The notes below the pieces were generated by a model. That model saw nothing but the letters and a program-made list of their open reading frames with translations, had not been told where the DNA came from and did no database searches. A stretch of 64,000 nt of DNA from Macrostomum lignano (taxonomy: Eukaryota), in assembly GCA_002269645.1 (NCBI GenBank), contig NIVC01001438.1:120327-184326 (forward strand), given 5' to 3'. Within the stretch, counting starts at the first letter, position 1, and each line of letters begins with the position of its first letter. The position numbers and the translations under genes are program-made. Below are positions 1 through 9,717 of the stretch, piece after piece.

Positions 1-404
1 TAATTCAATAGAATATCGGATGATGATCAACGCACATACCCTAACGGATGCTAAAAATCGAACAATTATGTCAATGCGGAATAAAAATGCAATATTCACT
101 TCAACGCGAAAATTTACCAATTTTTTTGAATTTAGAAAATATTGTTGAAATCGAAAATAAATATTTTGATAGCAAAATGCGATTTAATATATAAGGGAAT
201 ATATAAAGCACCGGCCTGGAACTCGGAAACCACAACTGATTAAAACTCGAAAAGACAGCGGATTTGAATCTTAAAAACGAATTAAACGCAAAAAATACTC
301 AGCCAAGTGACACGCAAAGGCAGCTCTGCTGGAACAGCGCACAAATGCACAACTTAAGCACAAACTGCGCAGGTCGCAGAAATCGGCAAAAAAGATTGTC
401 AGAC

Positions 405-3167
405 TCACACTAGGACCCAGCCATCGTCAAAAACTTCGCTGCTGCAGTCGCTGGTCGCCTCACTCCGCGCCGGGTCGGGAGCGCGGGGCTGGTGCGCACG
501 TTTCAGCTTGTTTGCGTGGACCACCCGACCGGTGTCGCCGTCCTTGTAATCGATAGGACGAACCAGGTAGTTCACCGGCGACGTTCGCTGCAGCACCCGG
601 AACGGGCCGGTCCAGGGCGCCTGGTGTTTCGGAGCCAGTCCAGTCGTCCTTGAAAGCGCCGACGGCGGAACGAAAGCCCATACGAGGTCGCCGACCCGGA
701 ATCTGCACCGCTTGGCCTTCCGGTCGTAGTACCGCCGCTGGCGTCGTTGTGCCGTCGCCATCGATCGCCGCACGGAGTCGTAGGCGCGAAGCAGCTGGTC
801 GCGGTTGTTGGCGGCGAACTGGCCGACTGTCATTGGCGGCTCCGGTGGCCGGTAGACGACGTCAACTGGAAGCGTCATTTCCCGGCCAGTCAGCAGGCAG
901 TGAGGAGTAAACCCGGTTGTAGCATTGACGCTGCTGCGGTAGGCCAGGAGACAATGCGGCAGCACTTCTTCCCAGTCCTCCGGCTGAACTGACTGCAGGT
1001 GGCAGCGGAGCATCTGGTGCAGAGTGCGGTGGAACCTTTCTACTAGGCCGTCGCACTGCGGATGGTAGCCGGATGTCCGCGTCTTCTGAATCTCCAGCAG
1101 CCGGCACAGGCTCCTGATGACCTTTCCGTCCACGGCCTTGCCACGGTCGGAGTGCAGAATGTGCGGGGCTCCGAAACGCGTCACCCAGTTGTCGAACAGT
1201 GCCTTGGCGATGGTGGCCGCTTTCTCGTCGGGGAGTGGCACCAGCTCGACCCACTTGGTGAAGTAGTCGACAATGGTGAGCAGCCGATCGTTTCCCCGCC
1301 GTGACAGTCCAACTTTGACCACGTCGATGCCCACGCGCTGCATAGGAAATCCACTGGCCATAGTCTGCAGTGGAGCTCGGCGCTGACTCGGTGTCTTAGC
1401 GCGCTGGCACACTTGGCAGGACTTGACCGCTAGGCGAACGCTCTCCGCCATTTTCGGCCAGTGGCAACGCTGCTTGAGGGCTGCCAAGGTCTTGTCCTCG
1501 CCCAGATGCCCAAGCTCATGGACCTCCTCGATGAACTCCTCCTGTCTGCAGTGCGGAATCACAGGCACAGGCTTGGACTTCACCAGCTTGTTCAGGGCGC
1601 CGTCGACGAAACACAGGTCGCCGATCTTCTGTGCCAGAGTTAGGCTCTCAGGCGACAGTCGGTCACGTCTGCTGGCGCTGAACCTTGTCTTGCCGTTGGA
1701 CAGCAGGCGAAACACCGGGCCGATGTCTGGATCACGGAGCTGCAGTTCACGCAGTGACTGAGACGCATCTGACAGCGCCTCGCCTTCCTGAATGGCCTCG
1801 TCGCTGATTTCGTCTTCGCTGGAGTCCTCGCTCTCGCTTGGCCGCGGTTGAAGCTGCTGCTTCCGCCTTGAGGTGCCCTGACGTTCCGGCTCGGCGTTGG
1901 TCTGGGCAGCCGCAGAGGTAGCCGTCGCTGATGTCGCTGCGTTGGTTTGCACGGAGTTGACTCTGACTGTGTCGACCCGGCCAGCAGGCTCCGCGATTGG
2001 CACTGGCGCCTCGACCGTCGGCTCCGTCTGGCAGGCGGCTGTTGAAGTCTCGGCTGGCGCCACCGCTGTCGTCCCTGGCCGACAGACTCGACACTGGCTG
2101 GTGCACTTTTGCTCTCGCCGAGAGAGGGCGTCTGCGTTGCCGTGTTGGCGGCCTCGGCGAAAGACGACCTTGAAGTTGAACTCATCGAGCAGCTGCAGCC
2201 ATCTGGCCAGCTGGCCTTCGGGCTCTTTGAATGCCAGCAGATAGGTGAGCGCCTGGTGATCCACTCGAACGGTGAAGGCGCGCGGCAGCAGGTAGCTCCG
2301 GAACTTCTTAACAAACTCGACAACAGCCAGGAGCTCGCGCCGCGTCACGCAGTAGTTGCGCTCAGCTCTTGACAGGGCGCGGCTGGCGTAGGCGATAACC
2401 CGCTCTTCGCTCGCCTGCACTTGCGACAGCACCGCGCCGATTGCGCAGTCACTTGCGTCGGTGTCGAGGATGAATTCGGAGCCCGACTCGCTCATGTCCG
2501 GGAACGCCAGGATCGGAGCTGACAGCAGCGCTTGCTTCAGCTGGTTGAAGGCCGCCTCAGCTTCTGGCGTCCACTCGAAGGGCGTAGGCAGTGTAAGGCG
2601 GCGCAGAGGCTCGGCGATATTGGCGTATTCGCGCACAAATCTTCGGTAGTAGGAGGTCATGCCGAGGAAGCTCTTGACGTCCTTCGAGCTCCGGGGCACC
2701 GGCCAGTCTCGCACAGCCGCGGTTTTGCCCTCATCGACGGTGATGCCGGTCTTGCTGACGCGGTGGCCCAGGACTAACATGCTGGTATTTGCAAATCGGC
2801 ACTTTGACGGCTTGAGGCGCAGGTTAAACTCGCGCAGTCGCTCCAGAACTGAACGCAGCCGATCGTTGTGCTGGCCGATGGTCTGGCCCATCACGATGAC
2901 GTCGTCAATGAACACCAGACAGGCCTGCCACGTCAGTCCCCGGAGCACCAGCTGCATGAGCCGCTGAAAGGTGGCTGGTGCGTTCCGTAGTCCGAACGGC
3001 ATCACGTTGAATTCAAACAGGCCTTCATGGCACACGAATGCCGTCGTCTCCTTGTCTCGGTCATTCATCTCGACTTGCCAGTAGCCACTTTCGAGATCCA
3101 GCGCTGAGAAGTAGCTGTTTCCTTCGAGGGCATCCAGAGTGTCATCGATGCGGATCGGGTAAGGCAT
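405..3167 (-). CDS. pol: RT-RNaseH-integrase of Ty3/Gypsy element
   Basis: RT MPFGLRNAPATFQRLM and VFIDDV; RNase H FILDTDASDCAIGAVL; integrase HHCC (HELGH...CQVC) and catalytic core (GIDVV, HSDRG, VERFHRTL); GPY/F module WTGPFRV. Confidence 0.95.
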   Translation of the reverse strand: MPYPIRIDDTLDALEGNSYFSALDLESGYWQVEMNDRDKETTAFVCHEGLFEFNVMPFGLRNAPATFQRLMQLVLRGLTWQACLVFIDDVIVMGQTIGQHNDRLRSVLERLREFNLRLKPSKCRFANTSMLVLGHRVSKTGITVDEGKTAAVRDWPVPRSSKDVKSFLGMTSYYRRFVREYANIAEPLRRLTLPTPFEWTPEAEAAFNQLKQALLSAPILAFPDMSESGSEFILDTDASDCAIGAVLSQVQASEERVIAYASRALSRAERNYCVTRRELLAVVEFVKKFRSYLLPRAFTVRVDHQALTYLLAFKEPEGQLARWLQLLDEFNFKVVFRRGRQHGNADALSRREQKCTSQCRVCRPGTTAVAPAETSTAACQTEPTVEAPVPIAEPAGRVDTVRVNSVQTNAATSATATSAAAQTNAEPERQGTSRRKQQLQPRPSESEDSSEDEISDEAIQEGEALSDASQSLRELQLRDPDIGPVFRLLSNGKTRFSASRRDRLSPESLTLAQKIGDLCFVDGALNKLVKSKPVPVIPHCRQEEFIEEVHELGHLGEDKTLAALKQRCHWPKMAESVRLAVKSCQVCQRAKTPSQRRAPLQTMASGFPMQRVGIDVVKVGLSRRGNDRLLTIVDYFTKWVELVPLPDEKAATIAKALFDNWVTRFGAPHILHSDRGKAVDGKVIRSLCRLLEIQKTRTSGYHPQCDGLVERFHRTLHQMLRCHLQSVQPEDWEEVLPHCLLAYRSSVNATTGFTPHCLLTGREMTLPVDVVYRPPEPPMTVGQFAANNRDQLLRAYDSVRRSMATAQRRQRRYYDRKAKRCRFRVGDLVWAFVPPSALSRTTGLAPKHQAPWTGPFRVLQRTSPVNYLVRPIDYKDGDTGRVVHANKLKRAHQPRAPDPARSEATSDCSSEVFDDGWVLV

Positions 3168-3185
3168 CGGAGGGCATCCAGAGTG

Positions 3186-5639
3186 TCATCGATGCATCGG
3201 GAAGGCGGGCTTGGTCACCGCGTTCAGCAGGCGGTAGTCCAAGCAAAATCTGGCCGACCCGTCCTTCTTGCGAACCAGAACTATCGGAGATGCCCAAGGT
3301 GATGACGATGGTCGGACGACTCCCTTTGCCAGCATCTCGTTGACCAGCTCCTTCTGCTGTGCGATCGCTGTGGGAGCCAGGCGCCGCAGTCCTTGGCGAA
3401 TTGGCCTGGCGTTGCCTGTGTCGATCTCGTGCTTTAACAATTGGGTGCGGCCTGGGTTGCTGGGGCTCGCGAATACGTCACTGAACTCCAGCAGAAGGCG
3501 TTCGACTTGCTGCCGCTCCTCGGTTGGGATGTCATCGGCGATTTGCACCTCGTCCTGCCAGGTCGTTGCAGTAGTCGGATCTGCCTCGCTGGCATCACCA
3601 GATCCTCCGGCTTGCAGGTGCGCCAGGGCTCGGCCAGACAGCGGGTTGAAGTTGCCGACGATGTCGCCCTCCTTGATCTCGACTGTCTCATCTCTGGTGT
3701 TGATGACAGCAACCCCCATTCCGTGGTCAACCAGCTTGGACACGCTGCGGCCGATCATCACTTTGGCCGCCTTGCTGCCGCAGACAACGCCTGGTGCCTC
3801 CGAGTTCGTCCACGCTGCCGCGCTCGCTGGCCGCACCGGAATGATCCAGCCATCGCCTGGCTGCAGTCGAACCGTGGCCGCCGCTGCCAGCTTGCAAGTC
3901 TGGGCCGCCTGCCTGGATGTCCGCATTGGCAAGGTGACGCCGAGGCCGTTAAACTCGAGAATGCCTGATCTCAGGTGGATCGAAATGTCAAATTTGTTTA
4001 GGAAGTCGCAGCCCAGAATTACCGGTGCGCTGAGGCAGGTCACTGCCAGGAATCTGTGTCGAAAATGAAGCGGACCAAGAAAAAAACTTATCTCAATTTC
4101 GCCCAGCACTGTTGCTTGATTGCCGCCCACGCCATAGATGGTTGTTGAGCTGGGTCTCAGCTGCCGCCTGAGCCTGGCCGAGTGCACGATGTCGCCGTTG
4201 ATGCAGGAGATCTCGGCACCGGTGTCGATCATGCACGGCTGGCGTTTTCTGAGCATGCGCGAGGTGATGAAGCGCACTTGGTCGGGCTGGCAGCTGGGGC
4301 GTGGGGGCTGGGCCGAACTGTTTAGTGCTGAGAGGGCCGGTGCTGGCCCATTGAACCAGCCCCCCCCCCCAGCGTTTGGGCACCTCCGGCGGATGTGGCC
4401 AGGCTGATGGCAGCCGTAGCAGATGGGCACCGCCCTAGGCTGCTGCTGTTGATGTGCAGCGGCGTCAGCTGATCTCCATGGTGGCGCTGGGGCTGTCTGC
4501 GCTCGATGAGCCGCTGGCTGGTGATGTTGTGTCGTCTGTGGCCCATGCTGCGGTCGGGTTCCTGTCGGTGTTGACTGAACCCGTGCCGCTGGAGCTGACG
4601 CCTCGGCGCTGTGGTGCTGCGACTGGGAATTCATTATCTGCCGGGTCTCGCGCACTTGCTGGGCATAGTGCAGGGCCTGATCCGGTGTAGTCAGAGGCAG
4701 CTGCATATTAAGCAGCCGCTCCGTCACGTAGTTGTCGTTTAGCCCTTGAATGAACCGCTCAAGCACAGTCTGCTGGCGACAGTCTTGAGCACCGAGCTCT
4801 GGGTAGGCCTTGAACGCGAGTCGCTGGAGGGCAGTCAGAAAATCCTCGAACCTCTCGTCCCTGCCCCGGCACCGACTGTGAAGCTCGCGCCGAAGTAGCG
4901 CAGTGCTGGTGGCACCGCCATGACGAGCGCGAAGGTGCTGCAGGAGATCTTCATAGCGGGCACCTGGCAGGAACTGCAGTGAAGTCCCAACGGGCTGTCC
5001 ATGCTGCGCGCACAGTTGGTAGAGCCAGACCTCGTAGGTAGCGAATGCTGGTCCCAGGTAACTGCTGAGCGTGTTGATCTTGCTGTAGTCACTCAGTCCT
5101 TGGTGCCGGCTTAAATACGAAGACACTCGACCCAGAAAGTCATCGAACGGTTCGGATCCGTTGAAGGGCGCCGGCTTCGGCACCGACGGAAGCTGGATTG
5201 CTTGTTGATATACCGGTGCGCACAGGTTGTGGTCGCCAGCGCCAGGGTGAGATCCGCCTTGGAGCAACGGAGCCCATGGTTCGGCCATACGGTGCACAGA
5301 GGGTCTTGGTGGATGTGTCACTGCAGCTGCCGCAGCTGCCGCGGAAGGCCTGGTGTCCAGCAGGAATGAGTCTCCCGTCGCCATGTAGTTCGTTGACGGT
5401 TGGCCGGGCCCGGGGGGCACTGGCACTTGAGACTGACAGCAGCGTGCTTCATCGACAGAGATTTGCACAGGATCGAGGTCATGAAGCTCTTGATAGCGCC
5501 GCCAGTTCGCCTCCCGTTCGGATTCTGGCTCACTGGTTGACGAAGAGGTGTAAGCCGTAGCCGCAGCGGTCGGACGTAAAATATCGCGATTTCTCAGTCT
5601 TAGCCGTTGAGGCTCTTCTGCCTCACGTTCTGACCACAT
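3186..5639 (-). CDS. gag-pol: Gag-protease-RT N-terminus of Ty3/Gypsy element
   Basis: CCHC knuckle CYGCHQPGHIRRRC, protease MIDTGAEISCI, RT start WASPIVLVRKKDGSARFCLDYRLLN. The first ATG downstream of the PBS is 5639; the track start at 5765 lies inside the LTR. Confidence 0.9.
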   Translation of the reverse strand: MWSEREAEEPQRLRLRNRDILRPTAAATAYTSSSTSEPESEREANWRRYQELHDLDPVQISVDEARCCQSQVPVPPGPGQPSTNYMATGDSFLLDTRPSAAAAAAAVTHPPRPSVHRMAEPWAPLLQGGSHPGAGDHNLCAPVYQQAIQLPSVPKPAPFNGSEPFDDFLGRVSSYLSRHQGLSDYSKINTLSSYLGPAFATYEVWLYQLCAQHGQPVGTSLQFLPGARYEDLLQHLRARHGGATSTALLRRELHSRCRGRDERFEDFLTALQRLAFKAYPELGAQDCRQQTVLERFIQGLNDNYVTERLLNMQLPLTTPDQALHYAQQVRETRQIMNSQSQHHSAEASAPAARVQSTPTGTRPQHGPQTTQHHQPAAHRAQTAPAPPWRSADAAAHQQQQPRAVPICYGCHQPGHIRRRCPNAGGGGWFNGPAPALSALNSSAQPPRPSCQPDQVRFITSRMLRKRQPCMIDTGAEISCINGDIVHSARLRRQLRPSSTTIYGVGGNQATVLGEIEISFFLGPLHFRHRFLAVTCLSAPVILGCDFLNKFDISIHLRSGILEFNGLGVTLPMRTSRQAAQTCKLAAAATVRLQPGDGWIIPVRPASAAAWTNSEAPGVVCGSKAAKVMIGRSVSKLVDHGMGVAVINTRDETVEIKEGDIVGNFNPLSGRALAHLQAGGSGDASEADPTTATTWQDEVQIADDIPTEERQQVERLLLEFSDVFASPSNPGRTQLLKHEIDTGNARPIRQGLRRLAPTAIAQQKELVNEMLAKGVVRPSSSPWASPIVLVRKKDGSARFCLDYRLLNAVTKPAFPMHR

Positions 5640-5690
5640 GATGATCGATGACAGGTGCAACCTTCGGTCTTTTATGCTATGAAGAAATTC

Positions 5691-5708
5691 GTCCTGGCGT
5701 GGTCGCCA
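5691..5708 (-). promoter_or_regulatory. Primer binding site, probably tRNA-Arg
   Basis: Minus strand TGGCGACCACGCCAGGAC, 2 nt from the LTR end. It is complementary to ...GUCCUGGCGUGGUCGCCA, which resembles the 3' end of metazoan tRNA-Arg(UCG) as recalled. Confidence 0.75.
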
Positions 5709-5710
5709 AA

Positions 5711-6025
5711 TGTAGCAAGAACGGAGGCAGGACACAAAATTGGACTTTGAGCCTTTACCGCCCAATCACAAGCTTGCACAGCTGCCTGCTTACTAGGCAC
5801 ACTCTAAAGCATAGCCAGTAACAGTTCGAGCTATGATTCAGCATTTATTGGACTCACCATCGAGCTAAGGCGATGAAATTCAGCTGATATAAAGTTACGA
5901 ATATAAAGTATTGAACGAAACGAAAATATACGAGTATTATTACATTGCGATGCGATTACTTTGCTTTACTTAACACACGCCTCGAGTTGGCACTAATTTA
6001 AATTACGAAATTAAGGTGTACTACA
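5711..6025 (-). repeat. 5' LTR (315 bp)
   Basis: TGTAG at 5711 and CTACA at 6021-6025 form a 5-bp inverted terminal repeat; directly adjacent to the PBS. Confidence 0.75.
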
Positions 6026-6031
6026 TTATTC

Positions 6032-6730
6032 CAAGGACGACTTAAGTAGAAGGACGGGAAACCTCGTTTCTTAGAAAATTTTTGAAGGCACTTTTTCCCG
6101 AAAAAAATACACTACGGAGATAGGAAATTTTCATTTTTTCAGCACAAAAATTGCTATTACTTTTGATAGGAGGCAGATCCAGTGCTCATCTTTTGATATG
6201 TTGTGCCTTTTTTATTGCTCTATCGATATTTATAAAGCTTTTCGTTCAGAAAATTAGGATTATGTGTCAATTTTTTATTCTACGTACATTTCCTGTATCT
6301 GAAAATCACAAAAATGCATGACACAGCTCCAATATTTGCTTTTATGAACCTGTTTTATCATCTCTGTTACGAATATTTGCTAAACAGTCAGTTAAGAATG
6401 ATAAAATAGACTCATGAAACCAAAGAGCCGAGCCGTGGCATTCTAATGTATTTCAATCACAAGACACGTGAAAATATACGGAGAATAAAAAATTTACATA
6501 GAATCCTAATTTTCTGAACTAAAAGCTTTATAAATATCGATAGAGCAATAAAAAAGGCACAACATATCAAAAGATGAGCACTGGATCTGCCTCCTATCAA
6601 AAGTAATAACAATTTTTGTGCTGAAAAAATGAAAATTTCCTATCTCCGTAGTGTATTTTTTCGGGAAAAAGTGCCTTCAAAAATTTTCTAAGAAACGAGG
6701 TTTCCCGTCCTTCTACTTAAGTCGTCCTTG
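6032..6730. mobile_element. MITE with ~250-bp TIRs and 8-bp TSD (P- or hAT-superfamily-like)
   Basis: Ends CAAGGACGACTTAAGTAGAAGG...CCTTCTACTTAAGTCGTCCTTG; near-perfect TIRs; TSD CATTATTC at 6024-6031 and 6731-6738. Confidence 0.9.
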
Positions 6731-8128
6731 CATTATTCCTAGAAGCAGAACTCGGAGATTTAGTTTGGTAGCAGATGTGATTGACGTTTAGTACCTGTAC
6801 TTTGCAACTTTTAGGAATGAATTAGGCATTTTGTGTAGCCGGGTTTAGTTATGTTGATCAGATATGTATAATCATTAGTTTTTATGTTTGGTTTTCTTTG
6901 TGATCTGTATGTTATACGATATTGATATTGGGCATTGTCGGATTTGTCGCATTGACATTGGTATGATGTGGATTATGGTTTACGCCAAACTATACACTAG
7001 TAACTAGCCTATGACTTTGTTTGACTATGGGCATATTTCAATGATTGTGGTTTTAAAATCTATGAAAACTGGTTTTCGTTTTTTTAAAATTTTAGCAGGA
7101 AGCATAGTCCTTTAAAATTAATTTGTATACAGAGAACATGCCACTTGCCAGTATACTTTTCTTTTTATTTTGTGTTATTTCTAGGCTTTAGCTCATCGAC
7201 ATTGTCAATTGTCATCTATTTTTATATTGTAGGTCTATTGCCTAGGATGTAAGTCTTGTATTAGGCATCAACAAATTTATATTTTAAGGTAGCCACTCCA
7301 AGTCTTTCAATTCAAAAGTTATGGTTATTTTAATTTTTTATATACATTTTTTGTCAAAAATTCACTTATTTAAATGACTTGCAGGAAATTAATTAACTAA
7401 ACTTAGTTTGCAAGCATTTTTACAAGAGGTTTTCAAAAAGTATTGGCAACAGGCTACTAAAATCTAGTGCAAGCTCATTATTCTAAAAGTAAATGTTTAT
7501 AGTAGTCTTTCTATGTAGTCTCCGCTATGCTCTATGCACTTCTGATGCATCCATAGCCACAAATCAAAGGCGCTGTAGTATTCCAATTCAGTTAATGCCC
7601 TCAACTCTGAATTGATAGCACATGCCAGGTCTTGCAGCCTCTGAAATTGGTACCCAGCCAGCATTTCTTGATGGAGCTTGATCCTCTATCACCTATGCTA
7701 AGTCAGCATAGATTTTGGTAGTGTTTTCTCCAAGTTGAGTGTGCATGAAGATGTAGAAGTGCATGTTTTCTAAGCTGATATTTTCCATATTTTGTCAAAA
7801 GCTAAAACATAAGTATGGTTAGGTGTGAATTATGCAATAACAGGTAAAGCTATTGAGCTGAAAATTTATATGGTGGTCTCAAGCATGTTACTAAAATATC
7901 CCTAAAATTTAGTGTGTTTTGCTTGAGCCAAAGTATATCTGCATATGTAGGCCCCCTAGTTGCCAAAACTTTTTTAATGCCCCTTGTAGCAGTTATATAC
8001 TCATTTGCTAAAAAATCCTTCTGACCCCATATTTTCAAGCAAATTTGGCATAGTTTTTAAAATGTACAAAAAACACAAATTTGCTACCTGTTTATAAATA
8101 AAGCTTAAGATCAACATTTATGGCGAAA

Positions 8129-8166
8129 ACCAACGCGTTTCAACCCACTAGGGCCGTCGTCAGGGT
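8129..8166 (-). ncRNA. Minimal type I hammerhead ribozyme (Penelope-type)
   Basis: Exact reverse complement of 8410-8447. Confidence 0.75.
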
Positions 8167-8230
8167 ATATTTTATCACTGAACTGAGTTTTTGTTGCGCA
8201 TACATTTTGTTTTTTTTTTACATCTGTTTG

Positions 8231-8275
<45 letters not shown>

Positions 8276-8409
8276 TTCTCGCTTAACTCCAACCCCTAGT
8301 TTTTTTATGTTTTTCGTACATTGGTTACCCTCCCGTTTTCAATTTGACACTTGAGATAGTACAATCGTTTGCTTATTTATATTGAGTGTTTCGTTCAGTG
8401 ATAAAATAT

Positions 8410-8447
8410 ACCCTGACGACGGCCCTAGTGGGTTGAAACGCGTTGGT
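8410..8447 (+). ncRNA. Minimal type I hammerhead ribozyme (Penelope-type)
   Basis: ACC-CUGACGA-C-GGCCC-UAGU-GGGUU-GAAAC-GC-GUU-GGU: catalytic core CUGAnGA...GAAA, stem II with GU pairs, palindromic stem III AACGCGUU, stem I ACC/GGU, cleavage triplet GUU. Confidence 0.75.
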
Positions 8448-9717
8448 TTTCGCCATAAATGTTGATCTTAAGCTTTATTTATTTGCTATTAATTAAGCGA
8501 GCAACTCTACCACAATGCTACCTGTTTGCTACACAAAACTTGTCACACAAAATCTTTGCTTTTTGGATTACAATAAAATGTTACTATCAACAATTGAATA
8601 TCAATTTTTAGCAATTGAAATGTGCCTATAGTATAGTCAGCTTGGATAGAGTACAATTAGGTCCACAAGAGGGTCCCATCATGTTTTTGAACTTTAAGCA
8701 CTTATAACTTTTAAACTATAATAGATAGAACAAAGCTGCAAAAAATAAGTCCAACTTCTAGTCATATATTTGTCACATAGCTGTTTATGAATTCTAAAGC
8801 AACTAAACATATAATCAGAACATAGACTATGTTGATGGTCATTTTTTATTACCAAACAACTGTCAGTATAGTTTATGCTCTGCTATGTGTTCAGTTGTTT
8901 TACAATTCATAAGCAGCTATGTGAAAAAGATAGAACTAGAAGTTTGACATATATTTCTTTTTGCAACTTTTTTCTATCTATTATGATATCCTAAATGTCC
9001 TATTTTTTTATCCTAGATGCTAATTATTTAATTAAAACATTTTTGTCAGAGTTTATCAAACACATTTGATTGATCAAGTGTTCTTACTAGCTGATATGTT
9101 TTGATAAAAATTGGTTTTAAAAATATTTAAAAATTAATAGCAAAGTGTATCAAATTGGACTTCTTGAAGTTTAGGTAGATGAATCTCTTAGACTATGTAA
9201 AACTCATATCTAAATATATCTAGCAACAAATATTCAATTTGCCAAAAATAATCTTGGACCAAACCCCATTGCCTTAAATATGTTGTACATAAGTCTATTA
9301 GGTAATTATCCCTAGCAGTTTAGCAGTCTAGTAGTAATGCTAAGAGTAGATCTTTTAAAAGTATTCATAAGTATAGTTTTGGAGTTTTGGTTTTGGATAA
9401 GGGATTGCTATATGAACTGTTGGATTCAATGCCCTCAAAAAGTACATATAGTTATGTCGATCAAATTTATTTTATCTAGACTATAGGGTCATGAAATAGC
9501 TTGTATCAAATAAAAGTTAAAGTTTTGCAGAGAAGGCAAATAGATAGGAAGGGAACTAGATAGCCAAGCATGTGCACAAGGGGGCCTATTTAAAAAAGTA
9601 CCAAAAAAAGATCAGTGAAAAAACATTGGTGTATTGCAAGTTTGAACCCTAAATTGCAAAATCTACTGTCAATATTTTAGACGAATTAAACCAAGAATTA
9701 ATTAATCATCAACAAAA

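Larger units (their letters stand above)
405..6025 (-). mobile_element. Ty3/Gypsy LTR retrotransposon (5' LTR, PBS, gag-pro-RT-RH-INT); 3' LTR not in window
   Basis: Domain order PR-RT-RNaseH-INT is Ty3/Gypsy type. LTR 5711-6025 has TGTAG...CTACA ends, with the PBS adjacent. Positions 1-404 do not match the LTR, so the 3' LTR lies left of position 1. Confidence 0.95.
8094..8482. mobile_element. Penelope-like element remnant: inverted pseudo-LTR arms carrying hammerhead ribozymes
   Basis: 90-bp inverted arms (8094-8183 and 8393-8482), each containing a minimal hammerhead; T-rich interior with (CT)n. Confidence 0.75.

Noticed and set aside
460-5560. Many overlapping ORFs on both strands of the retrotransposon
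   Set aside because: Shadow ORFs of GC-rich coding DNA with no recognisable motifs.
5640-5765. N-terminal extension of gag (MGGKGSKSNF...)
   Set aside because: Starts at a non-ATG codon inside the LTR, upstream of the PBS.
6740-9700. AT-rich region with faint inverted similarity (~7240-7290 vs ~9270-9320)
   Set aside because: Too degenerate to define termini or a TSD by eye.
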